Part shown: positions 50,554 to 63,200 of the stretch, in pieces
Numbering within the stretch: the stretch's first letter is position 1
Layout of the letters: the number at the start of each line of letters is the position of its first letter
Assembly (NCBI GenBank): GCA_951406725.2
Contig: OX597832.1
Location: forward strand, 7,192,001-7,256,000
Source: Octopus vulgaris
Lineage: Eukaryota
Direction of reading: 5' to 3'
Length of the DNA stretch: 64,000 bases
Made by a program: the position numbers and the translations under genes
The notes under the pieces: model-generated
The model's input: the letters and a program-made list of their open reading frames with translations, nothing else
What the model was told of the DNA's origin: nothing
Databases searched by the model: none

Positions 50554-51433
50554 TATGTGTCTATATACATCATACATACTTACATATTCTTTCTTTAGGA
50601 TGATTTACCCTGTTGTTAGCACTGTGCAAACACACATATAACATGCAGACTGAGCATGTCCCATACCTATGCTTCTTCAAGCTAAGATCCATATTGCACT
50701 CTCTGAAATGATGCATTATTATGGTGTAGTCAAAGGTGGTGACCTGGCACAATTGTTGCCATGCTGGACTAAATGCTGAGCAGCATTTCTCCTAGCTCCC
50801 TACATTCTGAGTTCAAATGCTGCCAAAGCTGATTTTGCCTTTTATCTTTTTGGGGGTCAATAAAATAAGTAGCAATGGTGTTAATGTAATTGACTAGCCC
50901 TCTCCCCCAAATTTTCAGGCCTTGTCACTATAGAAGAAAGAATTATTATGGTTTAATCAGAGGAGGAAGAACAGTGTCTTTTTACAGGACACTGAGAACT
51001 AGCATGGAGAAGAAGAGTTATTCATAGAGCTCAGACCTGGTCTGAATTTTTGCAACAGGGTGTCCCAAGTGGTGGTGTTAACTCAGATGACAGACTAAAT
51101 CTGTCATCCCCAAACAGGTACAGTGCTCCTGATGCTGTTTTGTACTGTTTTTATCTTCCTGATTTTTACTGTCAGAGCTTGGGTTGGTCTGAGGTCATGG
51201 TAGAAGGTGTTTGCCTAAGGTACTGTGCAGTGGGTTTGAAACTTGAACCTCAGGATTGCACAGTGAACTCCACTGCATGGCTATGTGTAGATTGATCAGA
51301 TTACCGGTACTTTTTGCCTTCCATCCTTAGATGTGTGAAAGATGAAGACAATTCAAATTAAAAGTTGGTTCACACGCAATTTGAAACCGACAGAGAGATA
51401 GCTATAATAAAACAGAAGAGAAACAGCTATAAC

Positions 51434-51498
<65 letters not shown>

Positions 51499-51586
51499 AC
51501 AATGGGACGATGTACGGAGGTGAAAATCCTTCAAAGAGAGTGCAAGAAAACATCAACTTTCCTCTTTTAATATATGCGTATGTTAA

Positions 51587-53900
51587 GGCGGCGAGCTGGC
51601 AGAATCGTTAGCACGCCGGGCGAAATGTGTTGCCGTATTTCGTCTGCCGTTTCCGCCGAGGTCGACTTTGTCTTTCATCCTTTCGGGGTCGATAAATTAA
51701 GTACCAGTTACGCACTGGGGTCGATGTAATCGACTTAATCCGTTTGTCTGTCCTTGTTTGTCCCCTCTATGTTTAGCCCCCTTGTGGGTAGTAAAGAAAT
51801 AGGTATTTCGTTTGTTTTTATGTTCAGAGTTCAAATTCCTCCGAGGTCGACTTTACCTCTCATCCTCTTAGGGTCGATAAAGTAAGTACCAGTTGCATTC
51901 TGGGGTTAATCTAATCGACTGACCCCCTCTCCCCCCCCCCCAAAAAAAAATTTCGGGCCTTGTGCCTAGAGTAGAAAAGAATATGTGTATTTTTCGGTCT
52001 GTATGCTAAGATATTTAATATATATTTCTTTACTGCCCACAAGAGGCTAAACATAGAGCGGAAAAACAAGGACAAACGGATAAAGTCGATTACATCGATC
52101 CCTGTGCGAAACTGGTACTTTATTTATCGACCCCGAAAGGATGAAAGGTAAAGTCGACCTCGGCGGAATTTGAACTCAGACCGTAACGACAGACGAAATA
52201 CGGCTACGCATTTCGCCCGGCGTGCTAACGTTTCTGCCAGCTCGCCGCCTAAAGATATTTAATATAGATTATGGTGTGGGAAGATAAGTGGTTTAATCAA
52301 GAGAACACTGGACAGAATGGCTTGCAAGTTCTTCGCTGTTTCATAAAAGCAGTGTCTCTGTTTCGTTTTAGCTCTCTCTTTCTTTCTCTCATTCTATTTT
52401 ACTGTCTTCGAGTTTTGTAAGAGTTATCTTTCTCTCTCTTTCATTGCAGCTATCTCTCATTCAATTAAAAGATCTATTATGACGAGAGACATTCCAACCA
52501 TGATAATCCTTTTTGTTTTTTCAGTCACATCCGACATTATTTTAGGGCTGTAGGGGGTAACTTGACGGAGATTTGGCTGCTATTGTTAGAATCTCAGGCG
52601 ACCATACAGGCGCACCTCACCTCCTCTTTTTCTATTACATTATAGCTGTCATCTCCTCCTCCACCTCTTTCTCTGTTTACTTTATCTGTCTCACCCTCTC
52701 TTATCATCTATGTCTCCTCCACCTTTGTTTATTTTATAGCTGTCACTCCTCCTCTTCACCTCTCACATTTCCTCTTTTAAGTGTTTCTATCTCTGTCACA
52801 TAGTTTTACTCTACCTTTCCCCTCTTTCACTCTCACTCTTTTCATCTGTGTACTCCCCCTCTCACTCCTTCACTTTATCTTCCTCCTATTTCTTCTATGC
52901 TGACGTGTTTTATACTCCTTAAATCATTCTTCCTTTCACTTTCTCCCACTCCGAAAGTTCGTACAATTCAAAATTTTTAATTTCAAATCCATTTATTTAG
53001 GCACAAGGTCAACAATCCTAAGAGGGGGTGGGTATGGATTAGTCGATGCCATCGATTCTAGTACTTAACTGGGACTTTATTTTATCGACCCCCAGAGAGA
53101 TAAAAGGCGAAATTGATCCCAGCGGGATTTGAACTCAGAATGTTAACAGCCGGAACAAATATCTCGAAGCATTTTTCCCGACGCTGTAACGATTTTGCCA
53201 CTTTTGGCCCGGGTCAACCTTGATTAAGCAGGCCTCTAATCAAAGCTGTTCCAGTTGTGACCACCACATACATTTTTAGAAATATGTCTAGGCTTACGAT
53301 ATTTATTCAATCTTTTCCTTAAGGCGGCGAGCACGCCGGGCAGAATGCTTAGCGGTATTTCGTCTGTCTTTACGTTCTAAGTTCAAATTCCGCCGAGGTC
53401 GATTTTGCCTTTCATCCTTTCGGGGTCGATAAATTAAGTACCAGTGACGCACTGGGGTCGATATAATCGACTCAATCCGTTTGTCTATACTTGTTTGTCC
53501 CCTCTGTGTTTAGCTCCTTGTGGGTAGTAAAGAAATAGGTATTTCGGTTTTATGTTCAGAGTTTAAATTCCTCCGAGGTCGACTTTACCTCTCATCCTCT
53601 TAGGGTCGATAAATTAAGTACCAGTTACGCACTGGGGTCGATATAATCGACTTTATCCGTTTGTCTGTCCTTGTTTGTCCTCTCTGTGTTTAGCTCCTTG
53701 TGGGTTGTAAAGAAATAGGTATTTCGTCTGTAATAAAGAAATAGGTTTTACGTTCTGAGTTCAAATTCTGCTGAGGTTGACTTTGTCTTTCATCCTTTCG
53801 GGATTGATGAATTAAGTACCAGTTGCGTACTGAGGTCCATCTAATCGACTTACCCCCCCCACTCTCTAAAAGTTTCGGGCCTTGTGCCTAGAGTAGAAAA
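51587..53900. repeat. Family B SINE multimers and inverted copies
   Basis: Dimer 51587-51980 (+), monomer 52025-52250 (-) with TSD AAGATATTTAATATA, 52995-53200 (-), trimer 53323-53900 (+). Confidence 0.88.
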
Positions 53901-53941
53901 GAACATTCATTCAATCATTTCTTTACACACACACACACACG

Positions 53942-54073
53942 GCAAACTTTCGGTATTAGTTAGACGATGTCATTCATTCTCTTTTTTCAGTTTATCCTCT
54001 TACCCTCTCCACGTCACGAGGGAACGTTGTGTGATGAATGACGTTGTCTACTAATACCGAAGTAATTGCACCC
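53942..54073. repeat. Short inverted repeat, probable MITE relic
   Basis: TTCGGTATTAGTTAGACGATGTCATTCAT pairs with ATGAATGACGTTGTCTACTAATACCGAA. Confidence 0.7.
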
Positions 54074-55075
54074 CCTCCACCGCCGCAAGTAAGCACACGA
54101 ATGCAAAAACAACGTGCATAAAACGAGTACTCGAATGTAGTATAGAGGGTGTGTGTGTGCAAAATAAGTAATATCTGATTTCTCGTTATTTTCTTCCTAC
54201 CTGTTTGATATCATTACATTCCAAGTATTGCATCATCATTTTGTACTCTTGCATCATCTTTAGAAGTAAGAAAAAAAAATTAGCCATCATTGTTGTTGTT
54301 GCTGAAGTTGAGAGAGTCCCAAACATGGTCAAGTGACATGTCCCTTTTTCTTCTGTACTGAAAGGGGTTAATAATATTTATTCTTCCTTATCATTTAATA
54401 GATAATAAACTACACGAAGATTTGGTTGTTATTCTAAGACGCAGTCGTGGCACCTCGGGCTTGTGTTTTGTACTAAAGCCCATAGCTGACAGAAGCCTTG
54501 CGAGTGGATTTGGTAGGCGGAAACTAAAAGAAGCCCGACACACACACAACTGTATCACATTTCTGTGCGTGACTTTGTGTCTGTGTTTGTCCTCCACCAT
54601 CGCTTGACAACACCTGTTGGTGTGCTTACGTCCGTTACTTAGCAGTTCACCTGAGAGATCGATAGAATAATTACCAGGCTTTAAAAAATAAGTCTTGGGA
54701 TTGAATTGTTCAGTTGCCCTAGCATGGCCACAGCAAAAAAATGACCGAAACAAGTAAAAAATAAAAGAGACACATACATATACCTATCCCTATTTATCTA
54801 CCCACCCCCAACACACACATGTATATACATACATGTGTCTGCGTGTAGACAATTTTTACATGAACTTACATGCATTGCTACTTAAAATTAAGTAACATTA
54901 CCATGTATTAAGTAGCAATACATGTTGGTATTCTAACTTACCGTTTGATGTTTCCATGAAATGTAGACTAAATGAAAGTTTGGCTAACTAAACAACGGGT
55001 CAGTATTTCCACGAAATTCAAATACAGTGTGCTAAGGCTAATTTGATTTCGTATGCACGTCAAGGAAACAGAGAT

Positions 55076-55638
55076 GGGATCTTTTCCTTTTGAACGGCAG
55101 ACAATTTCTAGTTAACTAAACACTTTAAAACTTCGTATACTGGTAGAATGTGTCAAAATAAAACATTTTTTTTCTCTTGGCTTTCTTGAGAAAATTGTAA
55201 TTTGTTTGTTTTACACGCGTAACAATTAAATTAATTTAACAATTAAGAAAAAAAAAATTAGGGTTAGGGGGAGGTTTAGGGTTAGTTACAGGATGTTGTC
55301 TCAGTTTTAGACGCAGATTGTAATTTGTTTGTTTTACCCGCGTAACAATTAAATTAATTTAACAATTAAGAAAAAAGAAAGGTTTAGGGTTAGTTACAGG
55401 ATGTTGTCTCAGTTTTAGACGCAGCAAATGATTTTAGTTGAATGGAGGTAATCGATCAGTTAAAATTGCCGAAATGCTCGGATTTTCAGACGAAATATCT
55501 TACAAACTATAGAATTTTCTCAATAAAGCCAAGAAAAGATGATGTTTTATAAACACATTCTACCAGTATACGAAGTTTAAAAGTGTTTAGTTAACTAGAA
55601 ATTGTGTTGACATCTGCCGTTCAAAAGGAAAAGATCCC
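55076..55638. mobile_element. MITE with long TIRs, GGG termini and 6-bp TSD
   Basis: GGGATCTTTTCCTTTTGAACGGCAGA... / ...TCTGCCGTTCAAAAGGAAAAGATCCC, imperfect TIR over 100 bp. AGAGAT at 55070-55075 and 55639-55644. Confidence 0.92.
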
Positions 55639-56469
55639 AGAGATAGGGTCGTGCTGCAAATTTTATTATATTATTTATTATCTATTTGTTTCAGTCATTG
55701 GACTGCGGCCATGCTAGGCCACTGCCTTGAAGTATTTTAGTCGAAAGAACAAGCCGACTTCAAGACTTATTTATTTATTTATTAAAATTTGGTACTCATT
55801 CTATTGTCTCTTTTGCCAAACCTCTAAGTTACGAGGACGTAAACAAATCAACATGTGGGGGACGTAAACAAACAAACACACACACACATACGACGGGGTT
55901 CTTTCATTTTCATTCCACCAAATTCACTCACGGCTCCATGATGCTACACTGTAAGACTGAACCCGGAACCATGTGTTTGGGCAGCAAATTTCTAACCACA
56001 CAGCCACACCTGTACCTGCGTTCATTTCTTTTTTATTTTTCGTATTGATACACAGGAATTCTTGGAGCATAATATGTATACAAATAATGGATATTAAATA
56101 TAAAGGACATCGATTATAATTATACTGGTGCTAGAATCCATGATTATCAAACTGCCTTTCATGAATGAAATCGGTTTTCTTTTCTAGAGTAGCCAGGCGA
56201 TATAAGATCTCTCTCAGTATTTCCGACAATTTCGAATCCAGTTCCTGGAATAAATTTGGAAGCGTGTGTGTGTGAATTGGCGGACTTGTTAGAATGCCAG
56301 ACTATTTGTTGGTCCGCCCGTCTATCCAGATGCACGTGAAATTCATGTGACAACTCATGTTTAAATAAAATGCATTTTACGGAATAATAACATTAAATAG
56401 GAATGTAATTACAATCGAAGATTTAACTATCTATTTATATGGGTGCGAGTTACTTCCCCCTCGTTTTCA

Positions 56470-56728
56470 ATTACTCTTTACTTTTTTACTCGTTTCAATC
56501 ATCTGACTGTGGCCATGCTGGAGCACCGCCTTTAGTCGAGCAAATCGACTCCAGGACTTATTCTTTGTAAGCTTCGTACTTATTCTATCGGTCTCTTTTG
56601 CCGAACCGCTAAGTTACGGGGACGTAAACACATCAGCATCGGTTGTCAAGCGATGTTTGGGGGAGGGGGACACACAAACACAGACACACAAAAACATACA
56701 CACACACACACATACATATATACTTAAT

Positions 56729-56759
<31 letters not shown>

Positions 56760-56915
56760 TACATACATATACAACGGTCTTTCAGTTTCCGTCTACCAAA
56801 TCCACTCACAAGGTTTTGGTCGGCCCGAGGATATAGTAGAAGACCCTTTCCCAAGGTGTCACGTAGTGGGACTGAACCCGGAACCATGTGGTTCGTAAGC
56901 AAGCTACTTACCACA
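56470..56915 (-). mobile_element. SINE family A copy
   Basis: Same body with an expanded internal (CA/TACA)n. Confidence 0.88.
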
Positions 56916-57826
56916 ATGAATATGTTTTTGTGTAAAGTTTTATTGAATAAGATATATCAGTATGTTTGAAATGCATTAGTGTTTGTGTACATCGTTTAAT
57001 AAGTGCTGTGCAGTTCAATGTAACAGAATAATTGAATTATAGTGTCTGAGTCATAGAGAATTGAAGAATGATGACACGCAGGTAGCCAGTGGTTTGATCT
57101 CAGATCAGTCCTTTGAAGTCTTAGCTGCTATTTCTTCTGAGACGAGTGACACATTAAGGTTCATTCATTAACTTGTAGGGACGCGGTAGTTCGTTATGCA
57201 ACCATAATATACTATTAAGTATATCAAACGTTTTATAAGTCAATACTATGTTCTGCGGTGTTAGCAGTGCACTTTACATCACTTGCTAAGGCTATCTCTA
57301 CATATTCTATAGAATGCCTCAAGTTGATCAATACCTTGTGAGTGAAGATGGAACTGTACAGAAGCCCGTCACAAATGTGTGCTTGTTTATATATTTACTT
57401 TCATGTATACATATATGAGTGTGTGTGTGTGTGTTTGTATTTTTGTATCTTCATATGAGACTGCTTCAGTGGCAACATTGTTCACTTGTCTCACACAAAA
57501 CTTCCTGAAGAGCGGTTCAATTTGAAATAAAGCATCTTACTTGAAAAACAAAAATCGGTTGCTGGAAGGACATCTGACCATAGAATACGGCCTCACCATA
57601 AAAGCTGGGGAAAAGTACATGAGCACTGTATACAACAATTTCATTATTATATATATATGATAATAATGATGGTGGTTGTGTGTGTGTGTGGGGTGGGGGT
57701 GCATACTTTGGCTGAATGGACAGAGTACCAAATTATCTGTTGAGAGATCTGTAGGTTTCTGTCACATCTTTGATCGTGTGTCTACTTCATAGGATTTGAC
57801 CATTTCCGGCATTTACACACATTGCT

Positions 57827-57829
<3 letters not shown>

Positions 57830-57921
<92 letters not shown>
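57830..57921. repeat. (TC)n(CA)n microsatellite
   Basis: Direct reading. Similar tracts at 29067-29142 and 51438-51496, plus many (TA)n tracts. Confidence 0.97.
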
Positions 57922-57922
<1 letters not shown>

Positions 57923-58451
57923 TCATCTTTACCCACCTATACTCTTTTATGTCTCCAGATATAATCAATTTCAAAATGTTTGATTATTTATCATCAATCA
58001 ATAACATCAGTACATAATATTGAATTTTCACATTTGTGGCATGAGTTCACTTGTTGCTAAGGTGAAGCATAGGCACTGGTGTTTTCTTTTATCAACCTTG
58101 GCAGGATTTGAACTGAGAGCACAAAGGTACATAACTAAATACTAGATTGCATTTTGTGTTGTGTTCTACCATTTTTACCTCTCTGTAAGCCTTATTAGTT
58201 TTCGTATTGTTATACTGAATGAAGGCCGAGTCGAGTTCCATTCACATTTGCTGCTGTATACCTAGAGAATCTTCACACAATTTCTAGTCTTACTGAAAAT
58301 AAAAGCTGAATGTCTTTCGACTTATCACCTACCATCTAAGAAAATAACACATTGGTTTATGTAGGCTATGATATACAATGCCTGAAAGCACAACAAAATG
58401 ATCATGGCTAAAAGACCCTTCATTTTAGTTCTGTTTCATAGATCATACACA

Positions 58452-58851
58452 AGCGCAGGAGTGGCTGTGTGGTAAGTAGCTTGCTAACCAACCACATGGT
58501 TCCGGGTTCAGTCCCACTGCGTGGCATCTTGGGCAATCTGCTATAGCCCCGGGCCGACCAATGCCTTGTGAGTGGATTTGGTAGACGGAAACTGAAAGAA
58601 GCTTGTTGTATATATGTATATATATATATAAGTGTGTGTGTATATGTTTGTGTGCTTGTGTTTGTCCCCCTAGCATTGCTTGACAACCGATGCTGGTGTG
58701 TTTACGTCCCCACCACTTAGCGGTTCGGCAAAACAGACCGATAGAATAAGTACTAGGCTTACAAAGAATAAGTCCCGGGGTCGATTTGCTTGACTAAAGG
58801 CGGTGCTCCAGCATGGCCGCAGTCAAATGACTGAAACAAGTAAAAGAGTAA
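58452..58851 (+). mobile_element. tRNA-derived SINE, family A (representative copy)
   Basis: TGGCTGTGTGGT A box, GGTTCAGTCC B box, internal (TA/TG)n, tail GACTGAAACAAGTAAAAGAG. More than 20 copies in the window, e.g. 2237-2605+, 4350-4745-, 13660-14020+, 16555-16857-, 20265-20655-, 23200-24268- (three), 37980-38320+, 54400-54770+, 61945-62513-. Confidence 0.9.
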
Positions 58852-58910
58852 GTGTCATAGGTCATATGCAACAAAGTCCATTTGATTGGTTATCAAAGTT
58901 TCATTCATTG

Positions 58911-59030
58911 ACCTACTTGGTCAAGTTGTGCTGAAAACACAAGTATTTGTCTAATCAAAGTTTAGTAATATCAGGCTTGATTTGTACTTGGATGGGTGAC
59001 TGCTTGAGAAACCCACTTTCTCTAACTGCT
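58911..59030 (+). pseudogene. Decayed 5S rRNA copy or 5S-derived SINE head
   Basis: CTGAAAACAC..GTCTAATC..AAGTTTAGTAA..GTACTTGGATGGGTGACTGCTTGAGAA is colinear with animal 5S rRNA (TGAAAACACC...GTCCGATC...AAGTTAAGCAA...GTACTTGGATGGGTGACCGCCTGGGAA) with many substitutions. Confidence 0.78.
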
Positions 59031-59555
59031 AAGTTTTCTTAGAGCCAGTGATAGAAATAACACTTAAATTTCCTTCATACCTAAGTATTTAATCTTAACT
59101 AAAGGAAGGACATTGGATGATAAATTCATGAACATTCAGTTATTCGAGCAGCTGAATTCCTGTTTAACATATAAGTGGCTGAGTAATTTCTCAGGTGTGT
59201 ATCACATTGTTTGGTCCAGGTCTGCTTTGGTTAACCAGAACACTATAGAAACCGTTTATCTGATTTTCAAGCGGAGTACATTTAGGACCATAATCTTCAG
59301 GATGTCCTTCCTTTTTTGTAATTGTAGGCTGTGAAGTGATGGAAATTTAACTGTTATTTCTAGAAGATCAAGCAACTGCAAAGAAAACCCCTTGCTTTAA
59401 CAAAGGAGTTTCTGTGTATTTACATTGTGTATAGTGGTTGTGAGGAGAGTAATGAGTTGGACTACTGAAGATATAATTTTAAGTTCAGTTTTTGCTACAT
59501 AGCCATAGTGATCATAAGCCAAATATAAAATTATGCTTGAATATATATATATATA

Positions 59556-60468
59556 TCATCATCATCATCATCATCGTTGTTGTTGTTTAATGTCTGCTTT
59601 CCATGCTGGTATGGGTTGGACGATTTGACTGAGGTCTGGCAAACCAGAAGGCTGCACCAGGCTCCAATCTGATCTGGCAAAGTTTTTACAGCTGGATGCC
59701 TTTCCTAACGCCAAACACTCCGAGAGTGTAGTGGGTACTTTTATGTGCCACCGGCACAAAAGCCAGTTCAGTGGCACTGACAATGACCACGCTCAAATGT
59801 TGTTTTTCATGTGCCACCAGCATGTGTGTCAGTGAATCAATGCTGGCAACAATCATGTGCGACCAGCATGGGAGCCAGTCAGGCGGCACTGTCATTGGCC
59901 ACGTCAGCAATTTTGATTTCACTTACCTCAACAAGTCTTCGCAAGCAAAGTTTATTGTCCAATGAATGAAGGGTACTCATAAGTGGGCTGGTGATACAGC
60001 ACCGGCATAGGCCACAGGTTATGATCTCACTTGGCTTGCCAGGTCTTTTCAAGCACAGCATATCTCCAAAGGTCTTGGTCACTAGTCATTGCCTCGGTGA
60101 GGCCCAGTGTTTGAACATCGTGCTTCACCACCTCATCCCAGGTCTTCCTGGGTCTACCTCTTCCACAGGTTCCCTCAACTGCTAGGGTGTGACACTTTTT
60201 CACACAGCTGTCCTCATCCATTTGCAACACATGACCATACCAGTGCAGTCGTCTCTCTTGCACACCACATCTGATGCTTCTTAAGTCCAACTTTTCTCTC
60301 AGGGCACTTACACTCTGTCATGTATGCACACTGACATTACACATCCAGCGAAGCATACTGGCTCCATTCCTTGCAAGCTTACGCATGTCCTCAGCAGTCA
60401 AGGACCATGTTTCACTGCCATGTAGCATGGCTGTTCTTACACATGTCATACAGTCTACCTTTTACTCT
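59556..60468 (-). mobile_element. RTE LINE 3' fragment, same family as 20660-23183
   Basis: RRLHWYGHVLQMDEDSCVKKCHTLAVEGTCGRGRPRKTWDEVVKHD plus the same 3'UTR and (GAT)n tail. Confidence 0.93.
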
Positions 60469-60704
60469 GAGCAAGAGGTGTGTGTGTATAAAGTATGTAT
60501 ATATATATATATATATATGCATGTGTGTGTGTGTGTATCAAGTTTTTCTACTTCATAGTTGACTTTAAGAAGGCATCCAACTGTGAAAACTATTTCTCTA
60601 ATATTTGATGTATGGCATATACATTTGATTTCTATAACCAAATTATTTGTGCAAGTCATTTGGCAAAAGCTGAACACACATACATCATCTTCAACAGGAG
60701 AGTC

Positions 60705-60758
<54 letters not shown>

Positions 60759-62989
60759 TGTAGATAAATATTACTACTGTTCTATGACTCAGTTTCATGG
60801 TAAATAGAGCATGCCTTGAGATGGATGAAATTTTAGTTTCATTCATCTGAAGAATGCTCTGTTTTGCAATAATTTAGTCATGGTCTTCATCATCATCGTC
60901 ATCACTGTCGTCATTGTCATCATTATCATCGTCATCTTCATCATTCTTGTCAACTGTTTTATAATTAAAATTCAACCCTACACAACATATTGAATATTTG
61001 CACTTTTGTTTCTGAAACTGCTTACAATATATATATATATGGTTATATATGTGTATGGATGGGGACAACTGCATAAGTGCTGATGTCCAATTACGGAGGG
61101 AGCCTGTGGAAGCAATAGACCCAGGAAGACTTTGGACGAGGTGGTGAAATATGATCTTCAGTTGAGCCTTATGGAGGCAATGACAAGTGACTGAGACTTC
61201 TGGTAATTTACTGTGCTTGAGAAGACATCATGCTAAGTGAACCATGGTCATTGCCACTGATGGTGACACACAAAGACATCTGTATGTATATATATATATA
61301 TAAATTTATATAAATAAGGATAAGATTGATATTTAAATACCAATCTTATCAGGTGGCCTGCATGGGAATAAAGACCTTTCGAAGGTAATAATTATTTTTA
61401 TATGCATATACTATATGAACATTTAATGTGGTTTTAGAGTCAAGTTTTGACTGCTATTTTCAGCATGGTGGTATCTCTTAGATACCCTAAATTATAATTT
61501 ATATATATATATATATACATACACATACATGTGTATGTGTATATACATGTATATGTACACACATACACATGGAATGCCTCTAAGTTATTAATAAGCTGAA
61601 TCTTGTGTAATGTGTCTTTCACTTGTTATTTCTAGCAGCTTGACTCACCACATAGTGGCACCCTCATTATAACACAATAACATAGCAATATATAAGTTGT
61701 GTCAACAAAATATTTGTCTCACTTACCCACAACTACACTCACTATCACTATTATACAATTTGTATTCACTCAAGTTATGTTACACACAGTAACGTACATA
61801 ATTTGTATAATAGCTTAATACAGCTTCATTGTTTTGATTACCAAGAAGTGAAAAGGAATTAGAACTATTCTATGACTGCACCATGTGAAATAGTCTTAAC
61901 AACTACACCTGTTGCTAGCATACATGAACATTCTTTTATTCTCGTATTCTTTTACTTGTTTCAGCATTTGTCTGCGGCCATGCTAGAGTACTGCTTTAGA
62001 GGGCTTTTTTTAGTTAATGGAATCAACCCCAGGAGTTATTCTCTGTAAGCCTAATACTTATTCTGTCAGTCTCCCTTGCTGAACCGCTAAGCTACGGGGG
62101 ACATAAACGCACCAGTGTTGGTTGTCAAGTGATGGTGGGGGTACAAACAAAGACATATACACATAAACACATAAATATAATCCATGTATATATATATATA
62201 TATATATATATACAAAATATTAGAAAAAACCCACCTTTTATCAATTCAAAATGAATAATTAAATTAAATTAAATTTCCTTGTAAGTTTGGATTTTATTCC
62301 CTCAAATAATAATTTATATATATATATATATATATACACACACATATATATATAGTGAAGGGGTTCTTTCAGTTTCCGTCTACCAAATCCACTCACAAGT
62401 CTTTGGTCAGCCTGAGGCTATAGTAGAAGACACTTGCCCAAGGCGCCATGCAGTAGGACTGAACCCAGAACCATGTGGTTGGGAAGCAAGCTTCTTACTA
62501 TACAGCCACGCCTGATCAAATCTTTGTTGTGGGACCAGGCGAGGTTGTATGTCTGAGAAGTTTCCTTGATAACCCTATTGTTGTCAGTTCTGTTTCACTG
62601 AATGGGACTTTGGGCAAATACCTTCTGCTGTAGCTTTGGGTTGACCAGTATTTTATGAGTTAAAATTTGGTAGATTGTAACTTATGGCTTCCATCTATCA
62701 TTAACGACCATGATGATTGCATGTGGCTTAGTGGTTAGGGTCATGGTTTCAATTCTCAGCGGTGCATTGTGTGCTTGAGCAAGACACTTTATTTCTTATT
62801 CCTCCAATCCACTAAGCTGGCAAAAGTGACTTGCATCTGTGATTCAAAGGGCCATCAGTATCACATTGTGTCATACTGAATCTCTCAGAACTATATTAAG
62901 GGTGTGTGTGTTTGTGGAGCACTCAGCCACTTGCATGTTAATTTCAAATCAACTGGAACACTTGTAACCAATGGAGAGCCAGGCAATGA

Positions 62990-63200
62990 CCATGGATGAA
63001 TGTCCTGCTCCACTGGAACTGCTTTGTCCATGACTAGACAGTCTGATGCGTGAATGGCATATGTCACACGGGTCACACTTGTGGGCTGTCCCAGTGCTGT
63101 TTGAATTGTAGGGTTCTTGTCTGTGGATCCACCTTTCTTCTATAACATTCATCAGTCGTTTAATGTAGGGTGTGCGATAGGACCCAAGCCTAAGCAGCAT
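62990..63200 (-). mobile_element. RTE-like LINE C-terminal zinc-finger fragment
   Basis: HKCDPCDICHSRIRLSSH resembles the CxSRIGLxSH finger at the end of RTE ORF2. Confidence 0.6.

Noticed and set aside
63120-63160. CTGATGA...GAAA spacing on the minus strand
   Set aside because: No stem II or stem I pairing; lies in LINE-derived sequence.
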